Shown in pieces: positions 1-12,240 of a stretch of DNA of 64,000 nt. The position numbers and the translations under genes are program-made. The notes under the pieces are model-generated. The model was not told the DNA's origin, searched no databases, and was given only the letters and a program-made list of their open reading frames with translations. The number at the start of each line of letters is the position of its first letter. The stretch's first letter is position 1. This DNA is from Negaprion brevirostris (lineage: Eukaryota): the NCBI GenBank assembly GCA_030324005.1, contig JARDVH010000137.1, positions 23,602,226 through 23,666,225 of the forward strand. Reading direction: 5' to 3'.

Positions 1-90
1 TTACTTATGTGTAATTTTTCGTTTTACATGTAACATTTAAAAAGTATGTTTGCTGTTGTGAGATGTGGAGAGATGTTGAGGATACTGTGA

Positions 91-297
91 TGAGATGATG
101 TACAGATATACACATACCTAAAAATCTGTGCACCTTGAAGTATTTCTCTGATCACTGCATGTTGTATAACTACAAGCTCAGAAGGACAACACTGAGATGA
201 TGTGCAGATATACACGTATCTGAGAATCTATGCATCTTGACGGAATATCTCCTTGGTCACTGCATGTTGTGTAACTATGAGCTCAGAAGGATGGCAC
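91..297. repeat. Degenerate two-unit tandem duplication (about 102-105 bp)
   Basis: 91-192 and 193-297 both read tgagatgatgt.cagatatacac...tcactgcatgttgt.taact...gctcagaagga...cac. Confidence 0.85.
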
Positions 298-2809
298 TTT
301 CCCTTCCTCCCTCACTGCAGTTACTGAGAAATTGTTAGGACATTTGAGGGGGTGGGGGGGGGGGTGGAATATGTCTTTAATTTGGAATTTATAGCCCCGT
401 TAAACATTGAAACTCTCAGAAACCATTCCAAATATTATAATTGTGCTACAGTTGATGTCCATAGAGACGTGCTTTGTTTTCCCTTCTCTAATCTTGAGCC
501 TTTTTTTGCTTTTTTCCTGAAGTCCTGAGCAGCTCTGCAGAAGCAATGTCATGGCTGGCAGTGAGATATGATAAAAGAGTTGTGATCAGCTTCATCCGTG
601 GAGATATTTCTCCTATCTCTCTTAGCCAGCCTGCCCATAAATTGCTGTATAGCTTATATTAAATTTAGTTTTAAAATGGTTTTTTACAGTCTCGTGAAGA
701 TGGTTAAAAATAGCTGCTCAGTTCAGAGGTTGCATGTGAAATGTCAATTCAGTTTGCAAAGATATTAACACTTCAAAAACTGGTTTGCATACAAACAAAT
801 ATAAATGAATGCAAGTGTAACGCTTTTGCCTGGAGTAAATCATGTTATTTACTTGACAGGTTGTCTAAAACTTTGGGCATCTCCTATCCAGTGATTCAGA
901 TGAACCTTGTGCTCACTGTAACAACAGCTATGTAAATTTATACCAAATTCAGAATACACAGAAACCTCTGAGAGCAGGTGTCTTCTAAACCACAGTTTGA
1001 TCTGACCAGTGTTTCAATTTTATTGAAGGCAAAACTATGAAACACAGTACTGAGGAAAAAGTTGATCTTAATGATTTCCTCTTCAACCAGTTTGTCCAAT
1101 GAATAAATAATTTAAAATGTTAATTGGATGAGAATTAATAAGGTAAACTTCACAGCAACAATAAAGCGTTGTATTCACACCATGCACTTGAGTTGCTGGT
1201 GGGTGACTAATATAGATGCCTCTCCATGTTCAATCCTATTTACAGCCATGTATTAACTTTCATTTTGACCTCCATAGTCAGTTGTTGCAATCACCTCATC
1301 AATATAATGCTTTCTCTTTAGTATAATTATTTTATTTATCTATAACTGAAATTTTGTATAATTTTATTGTTTGTAAGTATAAGCAATGTATCTGCAGTGT
1401 TTAAACTATTTTGTACTTTTATAGAAACATTTTAAAATATTTTTGCTTTATTTAGAGCAGTGTGTCTGTGCTTTCATTTTCTCATGAGACATTCCTTACC
1501 AATTTTTGTTGGAAAGTGAAAATAGGGCAAAATTCCTGGCCAATTCCTATTGACTAAAGTGAAAACCCTCCACATGCAAAAATATTAAAACTAAAGCATG
1601 TTGACCTTAAATTACATAATTCATTGTATAAACCGTAGTATCCAGTATAGAATCTGGTATGCATTGTGTTTCCCTGTAGACAAGATCAACTCGCACAAAC
1701 AGCTATGAAAAGAAATGCTTTAATTAAATTGAGTGTCTATACAGAACTGAGTACAGATGAGCCAAAATCTGCACACGCTTTATCAAGTCACACTATTTTG
1801 TCTAGTGAAGTGCCTCTGCAATATACCAGCTGAAGATATGAAAGCATACATATTGCTTGCTTCACAACAACATAAAGACAAATGTACCTCCTCAAAGTTA
1901 ACTACAGAACTTACTGAGTGCAATGTATTTATTTCCTGATATATCAGTAATATCTTTGACATCTTGTGTGGGCAGAGTATAAGTGTTTTCTTAGCTCACA
2001 GTCTGAACATTCAAGCTGAAGTTTAACATTTTACATTGTACAAAATTCCTTGCACGGACCCTGAACCAACTAAAACTATAATCCAACTTAACTTTTCATG
2101 TCAAATGCTAATGTTAATTTCACGTGTGTGTGACCAAATGCCTTTGTGCCAATTTTTTATTCTAAAAATATAAACTCAAGTGATCTATTTTAACATCCCA
2201 TTTCACTTTAAAGCTTCTTTTTAATTGAGAAAACAACGGATCAAACTTTAAAAGATTAGATCGCTGAGGCCAAGTATAGTGCCAAATCTTTCCAACCTTG
2301 ATGCATATTGAGTGGAACTACATTGAATATAATATTGGGCAGCTGCAGGTTTTTATTAAGCTCAGATATGCTGCATTGATATAAATCTGACTGGCTCTGT
2401 ATATAAAATGATAATTACAAGAAGCTGCAAAAGAGGAGAAAAGAATGCAGTGGTTGTTGGAGAAAGACTCCTGTCACATTTGACACCAGTTTGAATTATT
2501 ACAAATTATATTTATCAAAATGTTCCAAATGGCAGTTAATTTTCTTTTTCATAGTTTGGTATATTTTTAAATTATGTTCAAGGTTTATGCATCTTGTGTT
2601 GAATTTATACAATCTGTGTTTGGGCTAAATGTAGAGCCACAGAACAGGCCAAGATGAGCTTTATTAAATTGTTTCTTTTCTTCCTACAAAAAAACGTAAG
2701 CGTAAACTAAAATCTGCAGCATCTTGACAATGTACCATGCTTCAAAATAAGAAGATTAGGTGGTGCATCTTCCCATTCCTAAGCAAAGGAAAGGATTTGA
2801 GAAGTAAGA

Positions 2810-3275
2810 TACAACTCTGGGAAAGAGAGAGAAGTAGGGTGGTGGAGGCAGGCACTCTATAGTTGTTTAAGACTTACTTAGAGAGGCACATGAGCAGACT
2901 AGAGATGGAGGGATACAAAAGAATGTCCTAGTTGTGGATCAAGAGCCTCAGGACGTTCCTGGGAATTAATAGATTCCTATGGGCCATCCAACATATTTTA
3001 TGGCTCACCTGTCNNNNNNNNNNNNNNNNNNNNNNNNNNNNNNNNNNNNNNNNNNNNNNNNNNNNNNNNNNNNNNNNNNNNNNNNNNNNNNNNNNNNNNN
3101 NNNNNNNNNNNNNTCTCTAAATTTGCATCCCTTTATTGTGGAGTCCGTGAGATGTGGACAAAAGTCGTAGGTAGAGAAAGGATTGGAAAGAAGCACTCAC
3201 TGATAGTTAAAATGGTCAGCGCAGGCTTGTAGGGCCGAGGGCCTGTTTCCTTTGTTGTTCTTTGTTCTCTTTGTC
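2810..3275 (+). mobile_element. CR1-type LINE 3' fragments either side of a gap
   Basis: gtggtggaggcaggcactct..., gcgcaggcttgtagggccgagggcctgtt...ttgttctttgttct tail. Confidence 0.6.
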
Positions 3276-3429
3276 TTGGGACACGAAGTGCCATCCATCT
3301 AAGTAAAGGGTTATGTGTTGTGCTGCAAACCTATGCCATGGTTACGACTTATTGTTAAACGTACTCACCAAGAATAACATGAATTATATGGTGAAGTAAA
3401 ATGTCCCAAGGCATTTCCCAGCAGAATTA

Positions 3430-3540
3430 TATAGGTAATCCTAAACTTTACGACATTCAAATTATGACAAATGGTACTTGTGATATTTATGAATTTCCAC
3501 CCTGTTTCAGGTTTACGACGTCGATTTTAATGTTCTGTGC
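3430..3540 (+). mobile_element. Possible Tigger/pogo-like DNA transposon end fragment
   Basis: taggtaatcctaaactttacgac resembles the CAGGTAxTCCTCGACTTACGAC-type TIR; ttacgac/ttatgac recurs. Confidence 0.4.
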
Positions 3541-3799
3541 CACCCATCTTTTATATTTTTGGGTTGGTGACTTTGAATAAGCCCAATTTTCTGGTAGCTA
3601 TGTGGCTGTACAGTACAGAGATATGGGGACAGAGACAGAATGATAGATGGACAGGGAGCAATGGAATAGAAGAGCAGTGCTATCTGTCATGCCTAGTTTA
3701 GACAGACACTTGCACTGAGAGCGTGAGAGCACAGTAAATGTGCCATCACTGCCTTAGGCTCATCTGCATGTAAACCATATCCATATGGTTTACATGCAG

Positions 3800-3965
3800 A
3801 CATTTGAACAAGGACTATTTGGCCTCTTGTGCCTGCTCCACAATTTAATAAGATCGTAGCTAATCTGATATTAATCTCAAATCTGCATCCTACCTCCCCC
3901 CAATAACCTATCACCCCCTTGCTTACCAAGAATCTATCCATGTCGGCCTTAAAAATATTCATTTG
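3800..3965 (-). mobile_element. CR1/HER1 LINE 3' end
   Basis: - strand translation NIFKADMDRFLVSKGVIGY, followed by the conserved CR1 3' UTR. Confidence 0.8.
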
Positions 3966-4019
3966 TGATTCATACTGAAGCAGCCTATGTCCAAAAGCAA
4001 CAAGACATGGAAAACCTCC

Positions 4020-4385
4020 TGGCTTGCATGACAAGTGGCAAGTAATATTCACATCACACAAGTGCCAGGCAATAACCATCTCCAACAAGAAAGGATCTAA
4101 CTATCACCCCTTGTTATTCAACGGCATTGCCGTCACTGAATCCCCCAATATCAACATCCTGGGGTTTACCATTGATCAGAAACTGAACTGGACAAGCCAT
4201 ATAAATACTGTGGTTACCAGAGCAGATCAAAAACTAGGGATCCTGCAGTGAGTAACTCACCTCCTCACTCCCCAAAGCCTGTCCACCATCTGCAAGACAA
4301 GTCAGGAGTGTAATGGAATACTTTCCACTTATCTGGATGAGTGTATCTCCAACAACACTCAAGAGGCTCGACACCATCCAGGACA
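4020..4385 (+). mobile_element. Non-LTR retrotransposon ORF2 fragment (second LINE family)
   Basis: DKWQVIFTSHKCQ...INILGFTIDQKLNWTSHINTV (post-RT region); same family as 32590-34100. Confidence 0.8.
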
Positions 4386-5239
4386 ATTGATTAATGCTAG
4401 GCTGTGTATTCTTAAATTTGCAATCAAAATGTTAGAACTGTAGAGAAAGTGTTTCACGTAATACAAAAATGTGGAATACTTATCCATTTAGGACACTGAT
4501 GCATTTCTGTTCTATAGAACTTTGCTTGGATTGTTTTAAATAAACCATTTGGTAATTGAACATTTCTGCAATAAGGTTATATCAACCCTGACAGAAACCC
4601 ATCTTTAGAAATTATCCTCACTGCTAAATAAAGGAAAAGATATGAAACTATGTGATGCAGCAAGAAAGGGGAAGACTGACTGTGATGATTTTCCAAATGC
4701 TGTAATAGCTGGAAGGTTATCACTCTTACCCTTTTACTCTGCAGGGCATTCTAATTCAAATCAATGGCCTGAGGATTCTTTACCTATAATTGTGTTCTCC
4801 CTGGTAACATGGTTCGAAGGTTTCTCACCACATGTCAATTTATATCAAGTCTCAGAAATGTTGAAAAAAGCTTACCACAAAACATCAACCATCCCTGGGC
4901 CCTGTAGATTTGATTATTCTTGCCAGTAATGCAGGCACATAAAGTGTAAAATAGTTTTGGAATGCATGGGAACATTCCATGGAATGACAGCATCTCTGAC
5001 ATGAAGCAAGCAGCTGCAATGTTATGGCTCTGTATGACACCCCCAAATACACAATTCATGTCTATCTGTATTCCAATACAATTCTGTAGGAGTATTTTCC
5101 CCCCAGGGAAGAAATAATGAGGTAAGATACCATGTGGAATTAATGGGAACATGAGTATACAATTCAGCTTCTTAAGACTGTTCCCTATTAAATTAAATCT
5201 GGCTGTTCTATATCTCAGCTCCTTTTACATGTCTGATAT

Positions 5240-5530
5240 ATTTCCCTGGGCATTTTCAATCCAGCCTTAACTGCTTTTTGGGGTGAGAATTTATATTCCC
5301 ATTATGCTTTTGAGTGAAAAGGTGTTTTCTGATTTTACTCCTGAATGTTTTATCTCTAAATTTAAGATTACCTTAAGATTAAGATCCCTTTTCTGGATTT
5401 TCCTCATTAGAGGAAACAGCTTCTCTATCAACCTTTTTTTTATATAATTTTAAACACTCCAGTTAACCCATTCTGTAATTTTCTATAGAACGCAAGCTGT
5501 GCCCAGCAACTGTCCACATAACTTTTTAAT
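5240..5530 (-). mobile_element. Old CR1 LINE fragment
   Basis: Degenerate match to the CR1 ORF2 C-terminus seen in other copies. Confidence 0.5.
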
Positions 5531-5559
5531 GTCTATCACATCCTTCTTGAGTTACACTG

Positions 5560-5860
5560 CCCAAAATGGCTGGCCAGCATTTATTGCCTATCCTTAGTTG
5601 CCCTTGATAAGGTGGTGGCAAGTTGCTTCTTCAGTTGCTGCGTCCACGTGCTATGAGTTGACCCACAATGCCATTAGGAAGGAAATTCCCAGACTTTGAC
5701 CCAGCAACTGTGAAGGAACGGTGAAATATTTCCAAGTCAGGAATGTTAGTGGCTTGGTGGGGAACTTGCAGATGGTGATGTTCCCATGTATCTTCTAGAT
5801 GGAAGTGGTCATAAGTTTGAAAGATACTGTCCAAGGATCTTTGGTAAATTGCAAAGATTT
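5560..5860 (-). mobile_element. 3' end of second LINE family
   Basis: Reverse complement of the ...aagggcaa.tag.gatggcaataaatgctggcc tail present at 34045. Confidence 0.75.
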
Positions 5861-6869
5861 TCGTAGATGTTAAGATTCTGGAAGAAAGTAAATTACTGAA
5901 AGCAGATCCTGATACACTGGGGGAATGGGTGAGTGTTTGGCAAATGGTATTTAACTTAGCCAAGTGCATGTAGGCAGGACCAACACTAAGTATACATATA
6001 CCTTGCAGGAAACACAATGAAAACCTGTGGAGAAAGAACAAGAAATTGGAGTCATTCTTTAAAGGTTCACAACCAATATTGCAAAGCTACAAGCAAATCA
6101 AACAGTGCTGCAGTGCAATCACAGAACTGTAGAATACAAACTCGCACATGCCATTTTGCCCTTGCATAAGATTTATTTAAATAATGTGACCAGCGTTGGT
6201 TTCCTCACGGTAGCTAATTTAAAATATTTATATGCTCTTTAAAGAAGCAATAACTTAGATGATTTAGTTAAAGTCCATAAAAACTATGAAAGGATGAGAT
6301 TGTGTTCACATTAACCAGTTATTTAAATTAGATAGGTTAGGGTGGAAATTTATAAATTTCTCAAGCCAGAACAAAATTATATGTTGGGCCAGGCGTTCTG
6401 AAGTTATGTTCCCTGGAATCTGGAATTCAGCGAGAGGCCTCTGGGGGTTCCACAGAAGCCCAGGATGGCACTTGAGCAAGATTCATAAAGTGTGTGAAAT
6501 GCATGTCTAAAACAGTTAGTTGTGGTGATTAATTAAGAGAGAAATGTATAGAATTAAAAGAAAATCAAAATATGTAATCAGCCAATCTGAGCTCAGCCTT
6601 TCTGCTGATGTCTATGGAGGCCGGAACCTGATGGGCTGATTGGATTTTTAAAATCTCCCCTGTTGCTGGACATAAAAGTGCATAGTGGAGCAGCTTGTGA
6701 TGCAAAGAGTCCATGGGGGAAATGAAGGGAGCTGCAGGCTGAGAGGCGAGCATGCTACTCAGCTATGGTTCAGTGAATAAAGGTTGGCTCAAAGGAGTAG
6801 AAAATAAGTGATGAAGGTGGACCACTTCAGGCAATCACTGCAGAACAATCAAGAATGTGCCGCTCACTG

Positions 6870-7012
6870 GATAAAAGCAAATTACTGCGAATGCTGGAAT
6901 CTGAAACCAAAAGAGAAAGGGGTCATCTGGACTTGAGACATTAGCTTTTCTTCTCTCCTTACAGATGTTGCCAGGCCTGCTGAGATTTTCCAGCATTTTC
7001 TCTTTTAGTTTC
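6870..7012. mobile_element. Penelope-like (PLE) remnant with inverted terminal piece
   Basis: tgaaaccaaaagagaaa ... ttttctcttttagtttca inverted arms around gggtcatctggacttgagacattagc...cagatgttgccaggcctgctgagattttccagc. Confidence 0.6.
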
Positions 7013-7482
7013 ATAGACTGCACACTGCCCACATCAACAGAGGGTTATATTCAACAGGACAGCTGGACCTGCTAATCTTTTTCTCCAATGTTTCCACATT
7101 TTTTTTTAAGCTTGACCTTTTCTTGCACTATAATATCTCATTCTACCCATGCTCCACCAAGAGATTCATTATCTTCCCCTTTACACACTTCACAGTGTTT
7201 TTTTGTCTCTTCTATTTTAGTTGTTAATTGCTTTGCCATTGACAGCCATGCCTTCAGCTGCCTGAGTCCTAAACTCTGGAATTTACACCCTAAGTTTCTC
7301 TGCCCCTTGGGGCGATGGGATGTGGAAAAGATTGTTTTGTGGAAGGAGGTGGGGCTGTTGGAAGTTCATGACACACAACGAAGATATATCCTAGTGTGAA
7401 AGAAAGATTGTAGGAAAGGGATAAATCAACTATGGTTAACCGAGGAAGTTAAGGTTAGTATTAAACCAAAGGAAAAACATAT

Positions 7483-8156
7483 TGTTATCCGACTGTAAGC
7501 CTTCTCCCCAAATATTATTCCCATGTGTGACAGATCAAAGGACAGGGAGTCAACTCAGATTAAACTTAAACAAAATCTTTCTTTTTACTCAATATTTAGG
7601 CACCACTACTCAACATAAACTCACACCAGTTGCAAGACTTATTCTAATGCATTTAACTTTAATCCTTTTAACTTTAACACATTTGACTCTAACTCTGAGT
7701 CAAACTCATGGTTCTTCGACTTTCCCTGAAGAAAATCTTCAGGGCACACAAAGAATTAAAGTACATTTTATATCTAAAATGTTGCACAATCTTTCAGAAA
7801 ATTCTCTGGCACTCAGTCAATTATACTACTAGAAACTAATCATAATGTTTGATTATAGGCAATGGAGTTACTCGTAAACAACTCCCAAATATTTGTACAA
7901 AGCTGCACGTAAATTACATAACCTCACCATATATGGTCACAATGACTCCGGGGTTCTAGCATAGTCCAAACAACCATCCTTATTTGGTCAGTATAGTAAG
8001 TGCCAGGTCACATCTCACAGGACAGGTCAGGACTTGATGCATTCTCTGACTTGCATCTGTGTTTAATATAATGACCAAAATTCCCAGCATGCTTCATTCT
8101 TGTTAATACAGTTGCCCTCACTTTTGCTGTTGCTCTGGCCATTCGATCACAAAACA
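7483..8156. mobile_element. Probable solo LTR inserted in CR1
   Basis: 674-bp block starting TGTT and ending AACA; CR1 sequence reads through when it is removed (ggaaaaacatat | atgtggcaaagatt). Confidence 0.55.
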
Positions 8157-8634
8157 ATGTGGCAAAGATTTGTGGTAAACCAGAGGATTGAGGAGGTTTT
8201 AAAAACCAATTAAAGATGACCAAAATAGTAATGACGGAGAAGATAAACTGAGGGTAACGAGCAGATAAAATAAAAATGGACAGCAAGAGCTTGGACTTTT
8301 CTAGAATTTAAGAATTCTTGGAAGATTGCATCCAGTGCACCCACAATCTCTGTAGCTACCCCCTTTAATATCCTAGGATGCAACTCACCATATATAGGGG
8401 ACCTATTAGCTTTTAGCCCCATTAGTAGTTTTTCTTTTGTGAAAGTTATTCTATTTATTCCCTCCCTCCACTTGATTACATAATATTTTTGGAATGCTCT
8501 TAGTGGCTTCTATTGTGAAGACTGATGCAACGTATGTATTTAAATCCGTTGTCATTTCCTAGTTCCTATTATTTCCTCAGTCTCATTCTCTAAGGGGCCC
8601 ATGATCATTTTGGCCTCTCTGTTCCTTTTTATAT

Positions 8635-8698
8635 ATGATGTGGATATGCCGACGTTGGACTGGGGTAAACACAGTAAAAAGTCTGACAACACCAGGTT
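8635..8698 (-). mobile_element. Penelope-like repeat end (runs into gap)
   Basis: atgatgtggatatgccgacgttggactggggtaaacacagtaa...acaacaccaggtt is the reverse complement of the unit at 30722-30789. Confidence 0.7.
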
Positions 8699-10464
8699 NN
8701 NNNNNNNNNNNNNNNNNNNNNNNNNNNNNNNNNNNNNNNNNNNNNNNNNNNNNNNNNNNNNNNNNNNNNNNNNNNNNNNNNNNNNNNNNNNNNNNNNNAT
8801 CCTAGGATATTAAAGGGGGTAGCTACAGAGATAGTGGGTGCACTGGATGCAATCTTCCAAGAATTCTTAAATTCTAGAAAAGTCCAAGAAGATAGGAAAA
8901 CTGCCAGTGTAATACCCTTATTCAAAAAGGGAGGGAGACAAAAAACAGGTAACTATAGACCAGTTTACTTAGCAACTATTATTGGGAAAATGTTAACAGT
9001 TTATTATAAAGGAGGTAATAGCAGAGCATTTAGAAATACATAATGTAATCAAGCAGAGTCAGCACAGCTTCATGAAGGGGAAATCATCCCTGACAAGTTC
9101 ATTACCATTCTGTGAGGTGATAATAAGCACTATAGATAAAGAAGGACCAGTGGAAGTAATATATTTAGATTTCCAAAAAGCTTTTGGCTGGTACTGCACA
9201 AAAGATGGTCCTATTAAGATAAGAGACCACAGTTTTGGTGGAAGCAGATTAGTGGAGGATTGGATAACTGATAGAAGATAGAGATTTGGGATAAGAGGGG
9301 CATTTTCAGGATGGCAACCTGTAACTAATGGGTGCCACAATTATTTACAATATATATTAATGACTTAGACTAGGGCAGTGCATGTATTGCTGGCAAGTTT
9401 GCGGATTACACAAAAATAGTTGGGAAGGCAAGTGATGCGGATGACACAATGGGCGTGATCTTATGAAAAAATTCTAAGTGCCAAATAAGCAACAAAACAG
9501 GAGAGTTTTGGACTCATTTTTTGGGCAGATTTGAAAATGCAACCTTATGGCATTTAATACCAAAAAAAAGTTACAGAAGGCAATTCTCAACACCNNNNNN
9601 NNNNNNNNNNNNNNNNNNNNNNNNNNNNNNNNNNNNNNNNNNNNNNNNNNNNNNNNNNNNNNNNNNNNNNNNNNNNAGGAAAGTGTAACATTATGCACTT
9701 TGGAGAAGAACAAAATAATTGAATATGAAATGTGGAAAGACTCAAGAAAGCTGCAGCACAAAGGGATATGGGTGTCCTCATATATAAATCACAAAAAAGC
9801 TTGCATGCCAGTGCAGTAGGTAATAGGGAAGGAAAATGGAATGTTTATTTTAAAGGGATTGAGGAATAAAAATGGGGAAGTCTTGCTACAGCTAAACAAA
9901 ACACTAGTTAGACAACACCTGGAATTCTGTGAACAGTTTTGGTCCCCTTATCTAAGGAAAGATATACTGGCATTGGAGGCAGTCCAGAGAAGGTTCACTA
10001 GGTTGATTCTGAGAATGGAGGGATTTTCTTATAAAGAGAGGTTGAGTAGATTGTACTCATTGTGGAGTTTCAAAGAATGAGAGGCGATCTTATTGAGAAA
10101 TATAAGATTCTCAGAGGGCTTAATAGGGTTGATGCTGAGAAGTTGTTTCCCCTTGTGGGAGAATCTAGGACCAGAGGGCATCATCTCAGAGTAAGGGGTT
10201 GCCCATTTGAGATAGAGGTGAGGAGGAATTTCTTCTCATAGAAGTTAGTGAATCTGTGGAATTCTTTACCACAGACAGCAGTGAAAACTGGTCCTTTAAA
10301 TATGTTCAAGGCTGAGATGGACAGATTTTTAATTAGTAAGGGTAATGGGGATAAATAAGGTGGGAAAGTGGAGTTGAGGATTATCACATCAGAACAGTTA
10401 TGATCCATTGAGAGCAGACTTGATGGGCTGAATGGCACACTGTTGCACTTACGTTTTATGGCCT

Positions 10465-11865
10465 TATGGAGGTGAGTGAGAAGCATGTGGTGGTGTGTTG
10501 TGGTTTTGGGATATAGGTGAAGGAGTGAATAAAGCAGATACGGGTAGGGTTATGGGGGTTTGGGAAAGTGGTGGCTGAGAGTTGGCTATGAATAAGACAG
10601 TGGGGAGCACACATTTCCACGGAGCTGGGTTGTTGATGAATGGCATTTTGGGGAGGTTGAGTGGATGGACCTGGTAAGACACTCTCTTGGAGAGTTGATG
10701 CAGATTTCATGGGCAAATGGTCTCCTTCTGCACTGAAGGGATTCTATATAAAAAAAAGAATGGGTGTTGGTGAGTGAGATGGGTGGGATGAATGGGAGGT
10801 GTGGTATAGGTAGGTGGGGTGAATTGTGGCATAGATGTGTGTTGATGANNNNNNNNNNNNNNNNNNNNNNNNNNNNNNNNNNNNNNNNNNNNNNNNNNNN
10901 NNNNNNNNNNNNNNNNNNNNNNNNNNNNNNNNNNNNNNNNAGTGTCAGTGGGGGGGATGAATGGAAGGTGTGTAAATGAGTGAGGGTGTGAGAAGAGTGG
11001 GGTGAATGGGGAGTGGAGTGTAGGTGGGTGTTGTTAAGTAAGGTTGGGTTGAATGGAAGGTGTAGATGAGTGGAGTGTGAGGAGGATGAGCTGACACAGT
11101 GGCACAATGGGTAGCACTGTTGCCTCACAGCTCCAGGGACCCGGATGCTCCAGTTTCTTCCTTAGGTTTATTGGCCATGTTAAATTGCCCTTAATGTTAG
11201 GGTGATTAGTATGGGTAATTACATAAGGTTACCGGGAGAGGGCCGGGTGGAACTGTGGTCACTGCAGACCTGATTTCCTCGTGCATTGTAGGATTCTATG
11301 AGTGGAAGGTGTGGTGGGTATAGGCAAGTTGATGTGTGAAGAGGGTCGGGTGAATGGACGATGTGGTGTAGGTAAGGGAGGAGGGTAAGGTGAATTGGGG
11401 ATGTAGGTGAGTGAGGCGGGTAAGATGTATGAGGGGTATAGGTGGTGTTGTTGTGAGGAGGGTAGGTGAATGGTAGGTGCAGGTGGGTCCGTGAGTGAGG
11501 AGAATGGGGGGGCAAAGTTCAGGATTTGAAATTGCTTAAGTCAGTGTTGAGTNNNNNNNNNNNNNNNNNNNNNNNNNNNNNNNNNNNNNNNNNNNNNNNN
11601 NNNNNNNNNNNNNNNNNNNNNNNNNNNNNNNNNNNNNNNTGGGGCGTGAAGACAGGGAGGTGGGTGGATGGGGCGTGAGGAGGGGGTGCGGGTGGATGGG
11701 GCGTGAGGAGGGATGTGAGGAGCAGGTGAAGGTGGATGGGGCATGAGGACGGGGTGCGGGTGGATGGGACATGAAGAGGGGATGAGGGTGGATGGGATGT
11801 GAGTAGGGGTGTTGTTGCATGGTGAGGTGAATGGGGGATGTTGTTGGATGGTGGGGAGGGCTGGG
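10465..11865. repeat. G/T/A-rich low-complexity tract with about 29-nt minisatellite
   Basis: C-depleted + strand; repeats of GGGTGGATGGGGCGTGAGGAGGGG at 11641-11800; two gaps inside. Confidence 0.85.
11091..11301 (+). mobile_element. HE1/V-SINE-like tRNA-derived SINE (internally deleted)
   Basis: gtggcacaatgggtagcactgttgcctcacagctccagggacccgg head, ttggccatgttaaattgccc core, gtaggattctatg tail. Confidence 0.8.
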
Positions 11866-11889
11866 ATTGCCCACATTCCAGTATTGAGG

Positions 11890-12240
11890 GAGCAATCCGG
11901 GATGTAGAGGGTTAAGAGCCTGGTCCCTCCCCTCCCTCTCCTTCGGCTCTTTCCGCCGCTGGCGGAGATTCCCGAGCGCACTCGGCTGGCTGGCTCGATC
12001 GCTGCCGCACCGGCTTCTCTTTGCGGAGAATCACCGCCTCGGAGCCTGAGGGGAGGAGGGGAAAGAGAGGAAAAAAATAACCGGGGTTTTTTAATTCTCC
12101 CTCTCAGTTCTCTCTGGACCCCCCTTCGGTGTGATTTAAAGAAGTGAAAGTTGTGGTGCTGAGGGGTATTTGCTGGAATATCTGCTCGATGCAGGCCATC
12201 AAGTGTGTGGTTGTTGGGGACGGGTAAGTCCGTTCATCTG
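11890..12240 (+). promoter_or_regulatory. CpG-rich promoter/5' UTR region of RAC3
   Basis: Local CpG cluster (ccgccgctggcgg, cgagcgcactcggc, cgatcgctgccgcaccggc) in a CpG-depleted background directly upstream of the ATG; no obvious TATA box. Confidence 0.7.
12189..12223 (+). CDS. RAC3: RAC3 coding exon 1 (MQAIKCVVVGDG)
   Basis: ATG at 12189, translation MQAIKCVVVGDG, donor GG|gtaagt. Confidence 0.96.

Larger units (their letters stand above)
7360..10460 (+). mobile_element. Long CR1/HER1 LINE ORF2 remnant (RT domain), interrupted and partly inverted
   Basis: VIPLFKKGGRQKTGNYRPV, VIYLDFQKAF, LVRQHLEFCEQFWSPYLRKDILALEAVQRRFTRLI, CR1 3' tail near 10420-10450; many stops and frameshifts. Confidence 0.9.

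Noticed and set aside
91-297. CRISPR-like or functional array
   Set aside because: Eukaryotic DNA; only two diverged units with no repeat-spacer structure
8834-10080. Functional reverse transcriptase gene
   Set aside because: CR1 ORF2 broken by stops, frameshifts, insertions and gaps
10456-11981. Long His/Pro-rich ORFs on the - strand (up to 180 aa)
   Set aside because: Translation of a low-complexity G-rich tract, and they span N gaps; no splice or homology support
12153-12162. REST/RE1 site (TCAGCACCAC on - strand) in the RAC3 5' UTR; similar half-sites near 35590
   Set aside because: Only half-sites, with no correctly spaced and oriented GGACAG partner
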